From Kudoa neothunni (lineage: Eukaryota > Animalia > Cnidaria), in assembly GCA_964304625.1 (NCBI GenBank), contig OZ199840.1:1070733-1134732 (forward strand): 64,000 nt of DNA, written 5' to 3'. Every line of letters starts with the position of its first letter. Position 1 is the first letter of the stretch. A program made the position numbers and the translations under genes. Below are positions 1 to 14,900 of this stretch, piece by piece. The notes below the pieces were generated by a model. That model had not been told where the DNA came from. It did no database searches and saw nothing but the letters and a program-made list of their open reading frames with translations.

Positions 1-159
1 AATGAAATTTTTCAAGTCATTCGCGCATAATATTTATCTGTGGTGATGTTTCACATTTTTTAAACGTTTAATATATTTATTATATATAGTGTATATATTT
101 CTTCATTTATTTATCGTGGTTTGATAAAAGTTAATCACATTATATTTAATCATTCGACG

Positions 160-1200
160 ACTTTGGTGTCAAATTGACCCCAAAGTATAATTAAAACCTA
201 TATTACTCCTTGGGTCCTCTTTTAAATTTCTCTGTTTTTGATCTATTTTCCTAAATTTGTATATAGCATATAAGAGTAGAATTAAAGAATAATTGCAATC
301 ACAATATGATATAGAGCTTTATCTTTGGGTATATTTGTGGGTCAATTTGGCTCAAATTTTTTATTCTATGGTTTTAGCATAAAAAAATTACTAAAAAGTT
401 AAACAATCGTATCCTCCGAATTCTATCTGCTAAGTTTTTAGAAAAATAGTGACACATATACCATTTAATGCACGTTAATACTCCACTAATTGTTTCAGAT
501 TCTATTCGCAATTAATCATAGGAAAAAGTGATATTTTGCTTGAATTGTATTTGTTTATAAATAGGAAACTATAATTTTTCCACTCAAAAAAACAATTATT
601 AGAATTTTTTAAAAATTAGATCCCATTTATCTAACTATTTGAATAATTCTTACATTTTGTGATAAATCTTCCCAACCTTCTTACATTACAAAGCGAATGG
701 TTCAGATAATGGCCCTTCATGATCCTTGAGCGTAACCATTACAATGAGGATACCCAAATAATCCATATTTATAAAATTATTCTTCCAATGATTTTTCCCA
801 TAAAGAATAATGTAATCGATTTTTTTACAGATAGTTTAAAAAAATATGAATAACGTTCAAAAATATTATGCATCTGTTGATAACAATAAGCGGTAGGACC
901 AGAAGGTGGTTTAAAATTTTTTAGACCGAAATGCGTTTATTTCGAGGTATTTTGAAATCCCAAGCAATTCTGGATTTGCTGGCATTCGAATTTCCAATTT
1001 CTCTCGTCTCCATTGTATTACATGATTCCTTTTATAATGTTAATTCATCACACTCACTCCTCGATAGTCACACGATTATATTTGAATACGAGGTTATAGT
1101 TAGTTAAAATTCAGACTAAAAACGAACCGAAAAGGTATTATGATCTTCGTGAAAAAAATCATAATTTTTTGTTTCAGTAATGTGTTAAATTGTTGTTTAC
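160..1200 (-). mobile_element. Decayed piggyBac-like transposon relic
   Basis: Minus-strand fragments PSGPTAYCYQQMHNIF (~860-910) and YLGILIVMVTLKDHEGPLSEPF (~695-760) align to [15 protein letters not shown] and [22 protein letters not shown] of the transposase at 13305-14861. GGGTCAAATTGACCCC-type palindromes lie at ~165-181 and ~339-353. There are many stops and frameshifts; ends are approximate. Confidence 0.7.
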
Positions 1201-1508
1201 AAAAAATTAAAAAAACCAAAAATATTTTTCAGTTAAAAAGGATTCAAATTTCTGTTTTGATATATAATTTATTAACTAACTGGTGTTTACACGAGTCTTC
1301 TCAAGGTGTGATATGACAAAATTTTGATTGGTGAAAAAAATTTCTGAACGTTCAATGAGCCGCTCTGGTGGGAAGCAGAAAATTATAAATATTGGTGACA
1401 CGGATAGTGGTGAACAAATTGCGCATTATGATGTACTTTGAAGTCAATATCGCTTATTTTTATGAGTAGTTTAATATCATGAAAAATACAAGAAGCCATT
1501 ACTAATTA

Positions 1509-2048
1509 CAAGGAAACCTTGGACTTCGACCATAATCCGTTCTAGAAGTGTGTTCGAACTTCGAATAAATTTTCCCATGTAAAATAATGAAAATTAGTTT
1601 AATCTGCACCATTCGTCAAATAAATGAATTATTTTTATTTATTAAAAAACAAGCATACCTCATGCTTATAAAATAAATATAAATATAATAATAAAAATGA
1701 GATATACGATGTAACAAAAGTTCTGAATGGGGATTCGAACCTGCTTTATTAGCAATAAAGACAGTGGTACCAGACCGCTCTGCTCCCAAATAAACATATG
1801 ACTGGTGGATTACAACCCTTATAATCCACATGTTACATAAGATAAATATTTTTTGGGCGATGTACGATAGATTATAATGGGTTTTCTTTCGATGAAATAA
1901 GCACAATTCGGCTGAGGGAATCTCCGTCTAGAATTTCCTTTCTTTTCTGTTTTTGCTTCAATTGGATTTGTTCTGAATATTCTTTCTACGTGCTCTAACT
2001 CAAGTATTTCTAACTCAAAATTTTTAGTTGAAATCCGAGGTTGTATTG
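1509..2048. mobile_element. pogo/Tigger-type MITE nested in the hAT MITE
   Basis: Imperfect TIRs CAAGGAAACCTTGGACTTCGAC / CAATACAACCTCGGATTTCAAC (rc), flanked by TA at 1507-1508 and 2049-2050. This segment is absent from the sister hAT copy at 17120-17802. Confidence 0.7.
1720..1795 (-). other. tRNA-derived (SINE-head-like) sequence, not an intact tRNA
   Basis: Pol III A-box-like GAGCAGAGCGG (1785-1775) and B-box GGTTCGAATCC (1741-1731), with hairpin CTTTA-TTGCTAA-TAAAG between them. The T-stem and acceptor stem pair poorly. Confidence 0.4.
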
Positions 2049-2162
2049 TATATAAAAATTAGCAATAATATTTACCGCGACCTTCACCCGAATAGAATCA
2101 GAATAGTTTGAATCTCAATTTTGTCTCATTTAGAATCGTATATCCCTCGCTAGATTAAACCT

Positions 2163-2191
2163 AATATAATATTTCTATATATATTTCTATA

Positions 2192-2250
<59 letters not shown>
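2163..2250. repeat. (TA)n / (TTTA)n microsatellite
   Basis: Read directly from the sequence; lies inside the hAT MITE. Confidence 0.9.
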
Positions 2251-2252
<2 letters not shown>

Positions 2253-3414
2253 TTTTCAGTTCATTAGTTCCGCATACACGAAAGTCTTTCCTAATGAATT
2301 TTGGAATAACACGAATTTCATTGGACGCTATTTTGAAGGAATGTAGAACTATGTTAATTATTAAATTCCAACGATTAATTAAATTTGAGCTGATCGAATA
2401 CATTTTAATTTTACCGAGAAAAGAAATAAATTTTTTTCAAATTTTAATGTGATATGGAGTTTTATTCGAAATTATCAACAGTTTAAAATATCCATAATTT
2501 TTTCAAGAAAAAGTGGGCACAATATAAAAAAGTTTGGGAAACACTGGTTTACACTTTGTGATCATTTGATAATGGATTACGAATGAATACGTAAAAGATT
2601 AAGCAGGATTAATTGTTATATTTTATATTTTTTACTGAAAATCCAGTCGAAACAAACAGAAAATACAGAGAAATTGAATTGATAACATTTGTTGTAACTA
2701 ATTTACCAAGTATAATAATCATGGGTCAAGTTGATCACAAAAGACCTCCGAGGAAGGATTCTAGCGACGTGAGAAGATTAAATAACAACTATTCGTGAAT
2801 AGATGATGGCAAAATTAACCAAAATATCTATACTCGTGCTCTTCTCAATTCTGATATAGCTTAAACTTATTGCTTCAATTTTCAACACTTTCCCTTGATT
2901 GAGCTGCAATGTATCTCTCACAACCGGTCGGAAAAGACCACTCCCTAGCCTAGACTTTATAGGCTCAAATACTTTCTAAAATCCAAAGATGTACCAGCCT
3001 GATTAATGTGAATATAAGATTTATCGAATGAATTGATAACGAAATTTACTTAACGTTGTATTGTGTAACTCTCAATTAATATTAATCTCAAAAAATGATG
3101 TTAACGTTATGCAATTATGCGATGTAATAAGATAACGATCAATCCCATACCCCATTTTAGCTATCGAATTTAAATAACTATCCGACCATTATTCAATAAG
3201 TTTTCACGAGCACAACACATATTAGTCAGGATTATTGGTTGTTCTATACAACTCCGAAACAACAACTCATAATATGCGGTATAATCGGGAAAAAATCAGC
3301 AACGCAACAAAAACATTAGTTTCTCAACTTGAAGAGAGATAGATATGTACGGACTAATAAACTGAGTGCTCAAATATGAGAGAATTTATCGACAAAAATA
3401 AATTTTGAGTGGAT

Positions 3415-4252
<838 letters not shown>

Positions 4253-7200
4253 TTTTTGAGGGTAGTACAAACGAAAGTTTCAGCCAACAAACACCGGTAG
4301 TCAGATTACTGGATTATTATTCATGAGTGTTCGGAACTAATTGGCGAATCAATTGTTTGTGATTAGTATTCGTTATACAGAATATAATTCTCCAGCTTAA
4401 TTCATAACATTTAGAGAGAACGGCGTCTCTAAATGGTTGTATTTTGAATTGGGATCGATTTAATTTCTCAAATCAATTCTACCACAATCCTGCCTACATC
4501 ATAAACAAGTTCTCTCAATAAATAATGAGTTGCTTGGTGTGAACATTGTGATTGGGATGTTATCATCGATAGAAAACTATTATTAGATTAGAACGTAAAT
4601 ACTTTGATTTAATTTAATAGATGAGTTGGAATTATTTGAGTTGAATTCAATTTTGTCCAATGGGTTTATATAGTTGAAACTGGGCAATTCCGCTTATTAC
4701 AAATCTGATCATACAATTTAATGTGTTTTCTGAGGGTGTATTATAAAATTCTAATCAACACCATCATTATTCTGCTGTTAGCATAGCATCTCTTAAGTTA
4801 TAATACTATAAGGTTTAATCTGTTCTAAAAATTGTCCAACAAATGATACACTAATTATAATCGAATCTAGAGGCTATATTTCGAGGAAAATACTGAATAT
4901 AAACCGACTAATCTTTCGTAATCTAATATCGGTTATTTAAGATACACTTCGTGGATATTTATTAAACATAAATTGAGGTACCTATTATGGATCACGAGTG
5001 ACCGCGACTTTATGATAAAAATTAAGTATAAAAGTTTAAGGATTGATTTTCATACCATTTGAAGATATCCATTTAATCGTTTCAATAAGATAGAGTTTTC
5101 GTCGCCTTATCACAGTACTTAACATACAATTTGAAAGGACCTTGCGCAATTTATATATTTATCCAATGGATTGCAAGGTTTGTCTATTCACATAAAACAA
5201 TCACGTGCAAATGAATATAAAGCCGGAGTTTTCAGTGTATTAAAAAATAATTCCCATCAATATCAGATATCAGATATCAGAATCGGTGGTACCCTTGTGC
5301 GCGTGCGCCAATAAATGTCGCGAATTAAACGAGAAATCGCCTGATATTCTGTAGCTGGCGCATTCGTTTATGTTTCAAACAATATTTTCAAGGCTATTTT
5401 AGTTTGAGGAATTTTTTCAGGGTTACATGTCATCAATACGGCCTAGTCAAAGTTTATATTTGGTGGAAATTTTTTAAAATAGTTTTGTGATTGTAACATG
5501 ATAAAAGTCTTGAAGATATTTTTGAATTAAACCGGTAAATTTCCAATCTGTTGTATCACGTGACTAACAAATAATACGCAATTTTTCTGACCAAACCACT
5601 TAGATTAAATTGTTTTTATGGGTAATAAGGGCCAAATTTTAATGCTAACGGTTGAATTTTTGAGCAGAATGAAAATAGAATAAATTTTATTTCAAGACAA
5701 TGTTAGTTGACAACTAAAGAATGTTATATATGCACATAAATAATTATTTTTTGATAAAAATATATAAAAAATTCAGATTTCGCTAAAAAGTGAATAAGAT
5801 ATAAACAAAATATTCTTAATAATGTTTTTTTGTTATTCAATTTAAATAAACGGTGTTATACCCATGCAAAAAATAAAGTTACCTGCGCATGCAGTCTGGG
5901 TATGTATTATCGGTTGCCTGCTGTAATAATTTTGGATTTTCTAGGATTCGTACTTTAAGTCGTGAATTAAATCCTTATATAGTTAAAAAGTATATCACCG
6001 TTAAAACGATAATCTCTTCTTTCAAAGGTGAAAATGGAATCTCTACGTATTACAACAGTTAAGGTAACGTTTCGTGAACGAATAGTCTTGACAGACACGT
6101 TGATTAGATAACCAATATGTTTCTACCCAAAAATACTCTCTTTAAAAACCCGAGAAATTTTTTATTTTAAGAATATAATATTGCGTTAAAATAAGGCATA
6201 TATATCTTAAAAATATTAAATACATTATTTGAATGAGCAGCTGCTATATGCCTAAAAAGAGTTTATATATTCTACCATTAATTTACCTGAATATGATGAC
6301 AATAACCTTATTTGAGCTGTAGAAGCCTTAAAAACCTCCAAAATACTAAAAGAAAACTTTTAAGGAAGGCCTTCGACTTTAAGAATGTCGTAGCTCAGAG
6401 AGTATTTCATATAACGGATTTTTTGACATATTTTTGGATGGAAATTTTTAGGGAAATGTTGCGTGTAATGCCAATGTTTGACCTTCATTTTTATAATCAT
6501 TGTTGCAAAGAGCATTCAGTTATTTAACATGGTTCTTACCATGGTTAGAACACTCAGAGCTAATAAGAGAATGTTCGGCATATAATGAAAAAAATAAAAC
6601 AAAGGAGTCATTTGGCACACTTTTTTTGATGAAAAGAATAGTTTGGCCTCTTAAATCACTAAAATAATAAGTATTTGTTATTTTTAGACAATTCAACAGC
6701 TTATACAAATATATTGAATGTTGAAAAAAAAGAAGCCGGGTCGCATCAATTATTATAACAAAATTAGATGACTATTTATATGATTGATTGGATTTTCACC
6801 TATACAAACTTAAAAAGTTATTCCATATGCGGGCGAGCATTTATTTTTTATAATATCAACATAAAGCTCTTAAACGAGTTGTGCTTATACAAAATTCATA
6901 GTCATTGATGGAAAAATCAAAAGAGCCAAATTTTTAGAGAATCTCGCTAGCATGTTTCGTTCCTTCGGCAGTTTCTTGGCGACAAACTCGTAACTAAATC
7001 AAGAACAGGAAATCCAAATAGCAGTATTATTGTACCGATAAATTCCGTAAATGATGTGCTGTAAGCCCAAGAAAAAGTGATCGTAAGATAATGCATGTGT
7101 GTTGTATATATAAAACATTGCTGCGAAGAACATTCAGAATGTGCTTGTTTTAACAGTTCATTCGATTCAAATAAATGTCTACAGTACATTATAACTTTCA

Positions 7201-7829
7201 TGTTTTTTCAGAATGAGATTTCTGTTTTGACGTATATAATAAATTGTTAATTAGAGACAGAGCATCGATTTTATTGTAGATCTATTATAGATAATGATAC
7301 TACCGTCCCCTTAAACTTACAGATAATAATAAGGAAGATCACAGAAATCAGATTTTAACTTTTACATTGATATATACATGTAAGTTGAACATTGGGGATC
7401 TTTTAGTCTATTTTATTGATGACTATTTTATTGTGCCATAAAGTTTTGATTTAATTAATTATGTATGATATAGTTTATAACACATTATTTTAAATATTCT
7501 TGTAAGTTATTCTTAAATAATATTTCGTTAAAAGTTTTTTAACAAGAATAAATAATCCTTAACATTGTTCGATTGGTATCGTAAAACTTCGCCAGTCATG
7601 TTTTTCGCCAATATAGTGCGATTTAGTCGATAGAATTTTTTTATTTTTACATGGTGAATTTTTAAAAATTATTTAAATTCACAATAATAAATAAAAAAGT
7701 GAGGTCGAATAGACCCCAAAAGCATTAAGAATATAGTCGATGTTGAGGAGCTCGGAAGGTAACGAGAAAATAAAATATAAAAAGTAATAGAGATAGAAGA
7801 AAACGTATGAGAATTAATTGATAATGCTA

Positions 7830-8534
7830 ATTTTAGCAATATCAATCGGCATAAACATTAATGCACTTTTCTCAAACAAACAGCTAAAAATCACTTCAAT
7901 ATCAACATAAATAATTTATATAATTAGATGAAGTAAGAATACAACCATCTACATTGAATTTAATCACTGTAAGTTCAACATAGCGGACGACTTCAATATA
8001 ATCTACGTACATGGTGCTTGTATTATAAATCTTCAATATATCTGATTATGGAATTCCTTACCAAATCGCTATTAATGATGCAAACATAGAGTTATTCTCT
8101 TATTTTTAAACATAAATAGAACTTTACAAGTATACTTATCAAGTCATATACGTTAAAACTCCACAAATAAGGAGTGTATATGTGCAAATCATCAAATTCG
8201 CATACCAACATTACATAAAAAGGCAGATAACGGCAGTTAATCAACATTTAATAGAGCATATAAAGGGAAAAATTAATTTCAACGGTTATAAGCCGGTGTT
8301 AACCCTTTTGTTGAATTCAAGTAACCCGTTTAACAAACTTTGAATCGACAAAATCACCATTTTCTAAACACTTTTGGGGACATTTGGTAGTGTGAAAACG
8401 ATTTAAAGATTTTATGAAAGATTGTGATTTTTAAAAAATTTCATAAAAGTCTCTCTATAAGGAAAAAATTTTGACGCACATACCTTCTGACACAAACACG
8501 GACACTTCAGCTTTGTATTTATAGTAGAAGTAGA
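7830..8534 (-). mobile_element. Non-autonomous Helitron-like repeat (same family as 54439-57073)
   Basis: Long similarity to 54900-55582, including identical TGAATCGACAAAATCACCATTTTCTAAACACTTTT. Minus-strand 5' end TCTAC..TATAAATACAAAGCTGAAGTGTC. The 3' end was not located. Confidence 0.7.
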
Positions 8535-11500
8535 TAATAGATGTAGATAGAGGATTGAGGTCGTTTGGTATTAAATACCGCACACTGTAATCTAACTTAA
8601 CTCAATAAACGAATTGATCTGGTAAATTAATATCTATTCATGTTTAATTAAAAAGAATTTTTATGAATTTAAAAAGATTCGCAAGGACTTTTACTTCGAC
8701 GATGATTTTAAATACAACTTGAAGATTAAGCCATTAATTTTAATTTTTTATATTGTTTTCACGCCTAAAAAGCTCATTTTATATAAATTAAAATGAAATT
8801 GAAATTTATGAAATAAAAAATTGAGTATCTAAATACTCCAATATCTGTAATAAATTGTATGCTATATGGAGGATCAAAATGTCTTATAAATGTAAAATTT
8901 TTATATTGCTAACCTGGAGTTATATTTTACAGCAAATAATTAAATTACTTTTTTTCTCAGCATAATTAATAATGTAACTGAAAATAGATTATACACTAAT
9001 TATTTTTCTTAATTAATGTATAAATTCAACATGTTTTATATTAAATTATTGATGAGGATTAACATAAATAATAATTATTTCAAGAATCAAATCACTACAA
9101 GGGTAAAAAAGTAATTTCATTATTTTACGATATAATTTAATATGAAAAAATCAAAGTATATAAATTTTTGGTTATCAATACGAGTTAAAAATAAATATTT
9201 AGCTCTTAAAAGGGATAAGCTTGCATTATATATATGGAGTTCATTTTAGTTCAATTGAAACATGATGTTTTTATGACTTTTTTAAAGTTAATCAATTATG
9301 TATTCATTACAGATTATTGGATTATATAATAGATATTTAAATTTAATCTAAATAAATTTAAAATATCTTTTGAATCATTTCTAAGCAGTTTCAAATTTTC
9401 TATCGTTTTCGCAACATTAACTTTTTACCATATTTGATATTTGTTATTTGTTATAAAATTGAGACATCAACATACCACCAATAAGGAAACTAAAAGAATT
9501 AATTTAGTATATAAAGAATTTAATTATAAATAAAATTGAATCTTCGAAAACACAGTATTAAACTAATTTTGCTTTAGAATATTGTCTGTTAATTTTCTAG
9601 TTATCATATTAGGTTTTATATTAAGGAATTATTGTACTAAATCCACATATTTTTACTTTCTAAATGCTCAAGTATTATGGAAGAAACAACACTATTTTCT
9701 ATCATAAATTATGAAATAATAAGCCGACAAACGATAGGGTTTAAAAAATGGCTCAACATTTTTAAACACAGCATAATAATATATTTTTAACATATTTTAC
9801 ATTTAAAGATCAATTTCTACAATAAACGAATATTTGTTAAAAATTCTATCAGAGATATTGACAATATAAGGATATTTTAGTTTTTCAAATTAAAATCCGA
9901 ATACATTATTACATTCAGTGTACTTTAATAATAACTAGATTTGAGCATTAATTTTTATAGTCTATTTTAGTAATATATTTTGTTTGTTTTGAATACTACA
10001 AATACGAAATATACAACACAATTAAGTATCGCCAAAAAAATATCATAAAACGTTATTTCGATCAATTATTACGTAAAAAATCCAAAAACTATTATTATTT
10101 AGACCAATTGTTCCCAACGGGGGGTTCCCACACCCTTATGATGTGCGAATAATGGATTTGAAGGTGCGAGATTTTATCACAATAAAAGGAAATTATAGAA
10201 AAATTTCGAGTCAGCTACACCTTATCATATATCACAGAGGCGCAGATTGTCATCAAATGGGGATGCGAGTCCAATTTTAGCTAGGAAGCGCAATGTAAAA
10301 CTCTATTTGAATTCAATAATATTTAGTTAGAATATTTCGATTATAAGTACACATATGATACCTTTAGTTTATATTCTTTATATTCTTTATTTCCATTTTT
10401 TCTTAATTTATCGATGGTAATTAATTTTAATAACTCAATACGAAGTTTTATATAATTGTTAAAGGTTGTCATTTTTCGTATTTTAATTATAAATGAATCA
10501 ATCTGTTTTGTTGTCATATTGCTACGTTAAATAACCAATAAAATATTATTTAAATGTCTAGGGAATTACGAATAAATATTTGTATATATAGATAATATAA
10601 ATTTCGGCCAAGAAATATTTATTTTATTTGGTCTTATTAATTATTATACGTTAAAACTAAGATACATATAAAAAAAAAGTTTCAATACAATAAATGTTGT
10701 AATTAATATAATTCCATTATATTAAGTTCTTTTGATTATATATTATAGCAAGGCACAATAAATATACAAACAAGCTTTAAAAGAACAATAATCGAGTTTT
10801 ATAATATCATTCAGACAGATTTTCAAATCATATAAATTAATTATCTAACGTTAAAATACGATCATTCAAAAAATTGGAAGAATTACATCTTTTTCCCGTA
10901 AACAGATTTAAAGTAACAAAGCTGAATCAAGCTATAAAACGCCTGAATAATTAGTCTAATCAATTAAAAATATAAATATTTGCACATGCGCAAATATTCA
11001 TTTATAACATTTTTATTCTAAAAACTTCTCTGAAACCCACGAATAATCAATATCGAATAACTAATTTAAAATGACAACAAAGGCTTTAATTAAAACACTT
11101 CTACTTATAATAACATCAGAATATTCAAAAATAATCATAACTGAATTTCATCTGGCTGTAATCATCGATTATTTATATGAATTCAAGTATTAACCAGCAT
11201 AGTAACAAATATTTGAGGGTGAAAAAACTGTAATCATATAAATTAAGATCGACCGCAATATAAAATTAATATCAACGATATTAAATATGTTCTAATTACT
11301 GAAGCGAATAAAAAATTCATTTATGCCTCTCACAATGTGTTTTGATAGAATTTCTCTAGAAATAAAATTTTAATGTTGAGATTTTTTATAGAAATTATCT
11401 AATTGGATAGATTAGCTTGTAATAATAATGCAATAAAAATTATTACATCAAGAAAATACCCATTTAAACACTGAATGAACGGATGAATGAATGAATGAAC

Positions 11501-11955
11501 TAGTACAACCGCTCCACTCACAAATACATACAGCGCATTTAAATGATAAAGCGAACACATATGAATATTGAATATCGGTAGTTGTATTAATACTGTTTTT
11601 GCGCAGACATACCATAAAGAATGACATAATGAAATAATCCAACATTAATCAGTCGAAAAACGATATCACCCTCAATCGATAATAGCGTATATTGGCAGCA
11701 TCACACTATCACAAAAATGCAACCCAATCAACAATCAGTTAAATAGGGTGTATAAAGCGGCAATAACAACCTAATAGAAAAAGACAGTAGGATATACATC
11801 GCCATACCGCTATTGAGAAAATACAAAATTTAACAATGTAAAATACAGCTCAACAATAAGATATAAAAATGGGATTTGTTTCACTTAGCATGCGTTAAAT
11901 AAATTAAGAACGTCGTTATTTGAATGCGATTACAGCTCAAAACAACCATTACGAA

Positions 11956-14900
11956 ATGGCATACAGAGCAATAGGAGCTACTAGTGCTGAACTATTTCAG
12001 CGAATTAAAGGTAACCAACCAAACCGTTTATGAGGCGATTAATCGACGAATTATGCTAACAACTGAAATTATCATTAGAACTAGGCTTAATTAATAGCAA
12101 TAAAGTTGAGCGTGTGTTGAATATGGTGGATCGAAGGTGTTTCCTCCTCTACAAAGATGATGAACCTCTAAGAGATGCGCCGGAATTTATAGGTACATTT
12201 TTGAAGTTATTTCAACTCCATTCACACATTATTTATTTATTTATTCATTCATTCTACTTCTATTTCGATTACATTAAGGTCACAATGCAACAATAAGTGC
12301 ACCACATATGGTAAAATCTTTCGTTTGATGGTTGTGTATCGGATAATGGGGTTGTTTTGTTAAGCATATATTTTCGCTGGAAATGTTGGAGGACCATTTG
12401 TCGGAGAATTCCACTGTCCTAGATGTGGGGTCTGGAAGTGGTTATCTCACGTTGTGTTTCGCTCTTATGGTAATCGAACACTTTACCCAACACCACCCAC
12501 ATAAGATAATCTCATATGCCATATAGGTGGGAAAGGGCGCAAAAGTCATTGGTGTAGAGCACGTCCCTCAACTCGTTGAAAGATCAAAGGAAAACATTCG
12601 AGACGCAGGATTCGGAAAACTACTCGATGATGGAACTATAGAAATCGTGGGTAATATAAAATCAACTGACAATCTTATTTGCTCGGCCAACCAAATCAAA
12701 ATAAAAATGAAATATTGTAGTGTACGACGGTCGACTGGGGTATTCTAAATACAGTCCATATGATGCGATTCATGTGGGAGCAGCAGCAGAAAAAATCCCA
12801 CAGCCTGTATGTTTATCTTTTCGTACTCGCCCAATCTCTAGGACCTAATATTGTTGGCATTGTGGGACATTATTTTAGATGTTGTAAACCATTGCGCGCG
12901 CTCTTCTCAGTTTTATAATATTGTACGGCAGCGGTGGGCAAATTGGCCAATTGCGGCCCGCCTGGGGGGTTTATAAAGCTGAAAAATTGCACGAGCGGGC
13001 ACGCGTTTTCACAATCCAAAAATCGATACCCCACTAAGGTTTTTGGGGTGTAATTAACCCCACATTTTTATTTGTCGATTATATGCAAAAAATTCCAAAA
13101 ATGTTATTTGTAAACTATAACGAAAATCTATTGGGGGAATCCCTATAAATACATAACGATATATGCGCATTAATCCCATTCTAATCCGATTTATTAAACT
13201 TATACGCATCATTCGTATATATTCGTTAGTTGAGATATAACATTAATTTTTTGTTCTAAGAGAATTAGTCAACTTTGTATGAATCGCAAGAGAAAAAAAT
13301 ATATTTAATGATAGTAAACATTATTTTTCACATTTAAAACAAGTGTTAGATGAATGATGCGAGCAGTAATATTTGAAACAAGATTTGCACCATTGCGATA
13401 TTTTACGATCTTTTTTTCTCTCGCAATATTCACATCTACATTCTTTATGATTTTGGTTGGCATATTTCTAGAGAGAAGAGGATCGTAAAGACATTGAGCA
13501 ATCTCTTTCAGAAATGCACGTCTGTTCTTCTTTGAATCATTGAAAATATCTTTATATAACGCAAACGCACTAACTAAGGACAGGTCAACCATATTAAAAA
13601 ACACTATCATAGGCCATCTCCTCGTAAACCTGCGAACTGAAACAGATGCAAGCATTCTATCAATGTTATCAACGCCGCCTTTAGTTTGGTTGTAATTCAG
13701 TATTACGTTGGGTTTGAATTTAAGCTTTTCATCCGATACAGAGTCGTCCGTAGTGCCACTTGTCAAAAGAATGACAGTCTTCGATTTTTTACATACATAT
13801 GACACCATCATGCAATTTTTGTAAAATACAAAGTGGCTACTATAGATATGCTTTCTCGGAGAAGGAAGTAGACAGCTTGGGATTTCCTTTTTATTTTTTC
13901 TCAGCGTTCCCAAGAAAGTAAGATTTTTATCCATCAATTTTTCGACGAGCGAAAATGATGAAAAAAAATTGTCAGCCACCACGTTTCGGCCAGAATAAAA
14001 AAGAGGTATTGACAAAGAGAGAACTACGCTTTCACCAAGGTTACATTGTCTCGTATTGTCGGAATTGTTCTTCCCCAAATAGATACTGATATTCAAGACA
14101 TAGTTCGAGATCGGATCTGCCAACATGAAAAATTTCAAGCCATATTTTGCCGGTTTCATTGGCATATATTGTTTGAATGGACATCTTCCCCGAAATGACA
14201 CTAGTTGTTCATCGACCGTTACATCTTGGTTGGGAGAAAAGCACCTGTGCAATATAGTTACCCACTTATCCCATATCTCACGTATGGGGCAAAATTTGTC
14301 CGTTTCTTTCCGCTGAATCCTTGTTTCAAAATCATCAAAATGGATTGATCGATTAATTTGTTTGAAACGACGAAGTGAAAAAAGCCTCCTGTATATTTCT
14401 TTGCCTTCCTTGACACTGAAAAGTTCACATAAAGGCTCTTGCCGATCCTTATGCGTTCCCATCAGTATAAGGAGACCCAAGTAACCTTTAAATTCAACAG
14501 TGTCTACGTCCAACCATTCTTCTTTGAAATGTTTTGTGCCAAACGCGTTGGTGTATTTTATTATTGTTGAGCATATCTCATCATTGAAAAATAGCGAAAA
14601 ACAGTCGACAATTGTTTTTATCCTCAAAAATGCATATGACGTAGGACCAGGAGCAGATTCCATAATGTTTGCGGCAATGGTTTTTGTCGCAGGTGGCTTT
14701 TTATCGCTCCATGAGATACCGCTTTTACTTATTAAAGTATTAGCATGGACTGTATCCTCTTCAATACTCTCTTCACTGGTTTCAAAATCTTCGATAATAA
14801 AATCGTCATATTCGCTACCATATGAACCACATTCATCACTGAAGTCGCTGAAATCACTCATGATAAATGCTCAACACCTGTTCGCGCGTGCGCACTCAAC

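Larger units (their letters stand above)
1293..2546. mobile_element. Non-autonomous hAT (Charlie-like) MITE with perfect 8-bp TSD
   Basis: TSD GTTTACAC at 1285-1292 and 2547-2554. The right end reads CAGTGTTTCCCAA on the minus strand; the left end is degenerate. The body is collinear with the inverted copy at 17120-17802 (shared GACAAAATTTTGATTGGT, GTACTTTGAAGTCAATATC, TTGTCTCATTTAGAATC). Confidence 0.85.

Noticed and set aside
1720-1795. Functional tRNA-Ser(GCT)
   Set aside because: There is no variable arm, and the T-stem and acceptor stem do not pair. Kept only as a tRNA-derived relic.
6300-7200. Possible hAT transposase relic on the minus strand
   Set aside because: Only vague STYL- and HC-like echoes; no convincing motif run, TIR or TSD.
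11440-11900. Small minus-strand gene head-to-head with PCMT
   Set aside because: The composition is gene-like, but every splice model I tried hit early stop codons.
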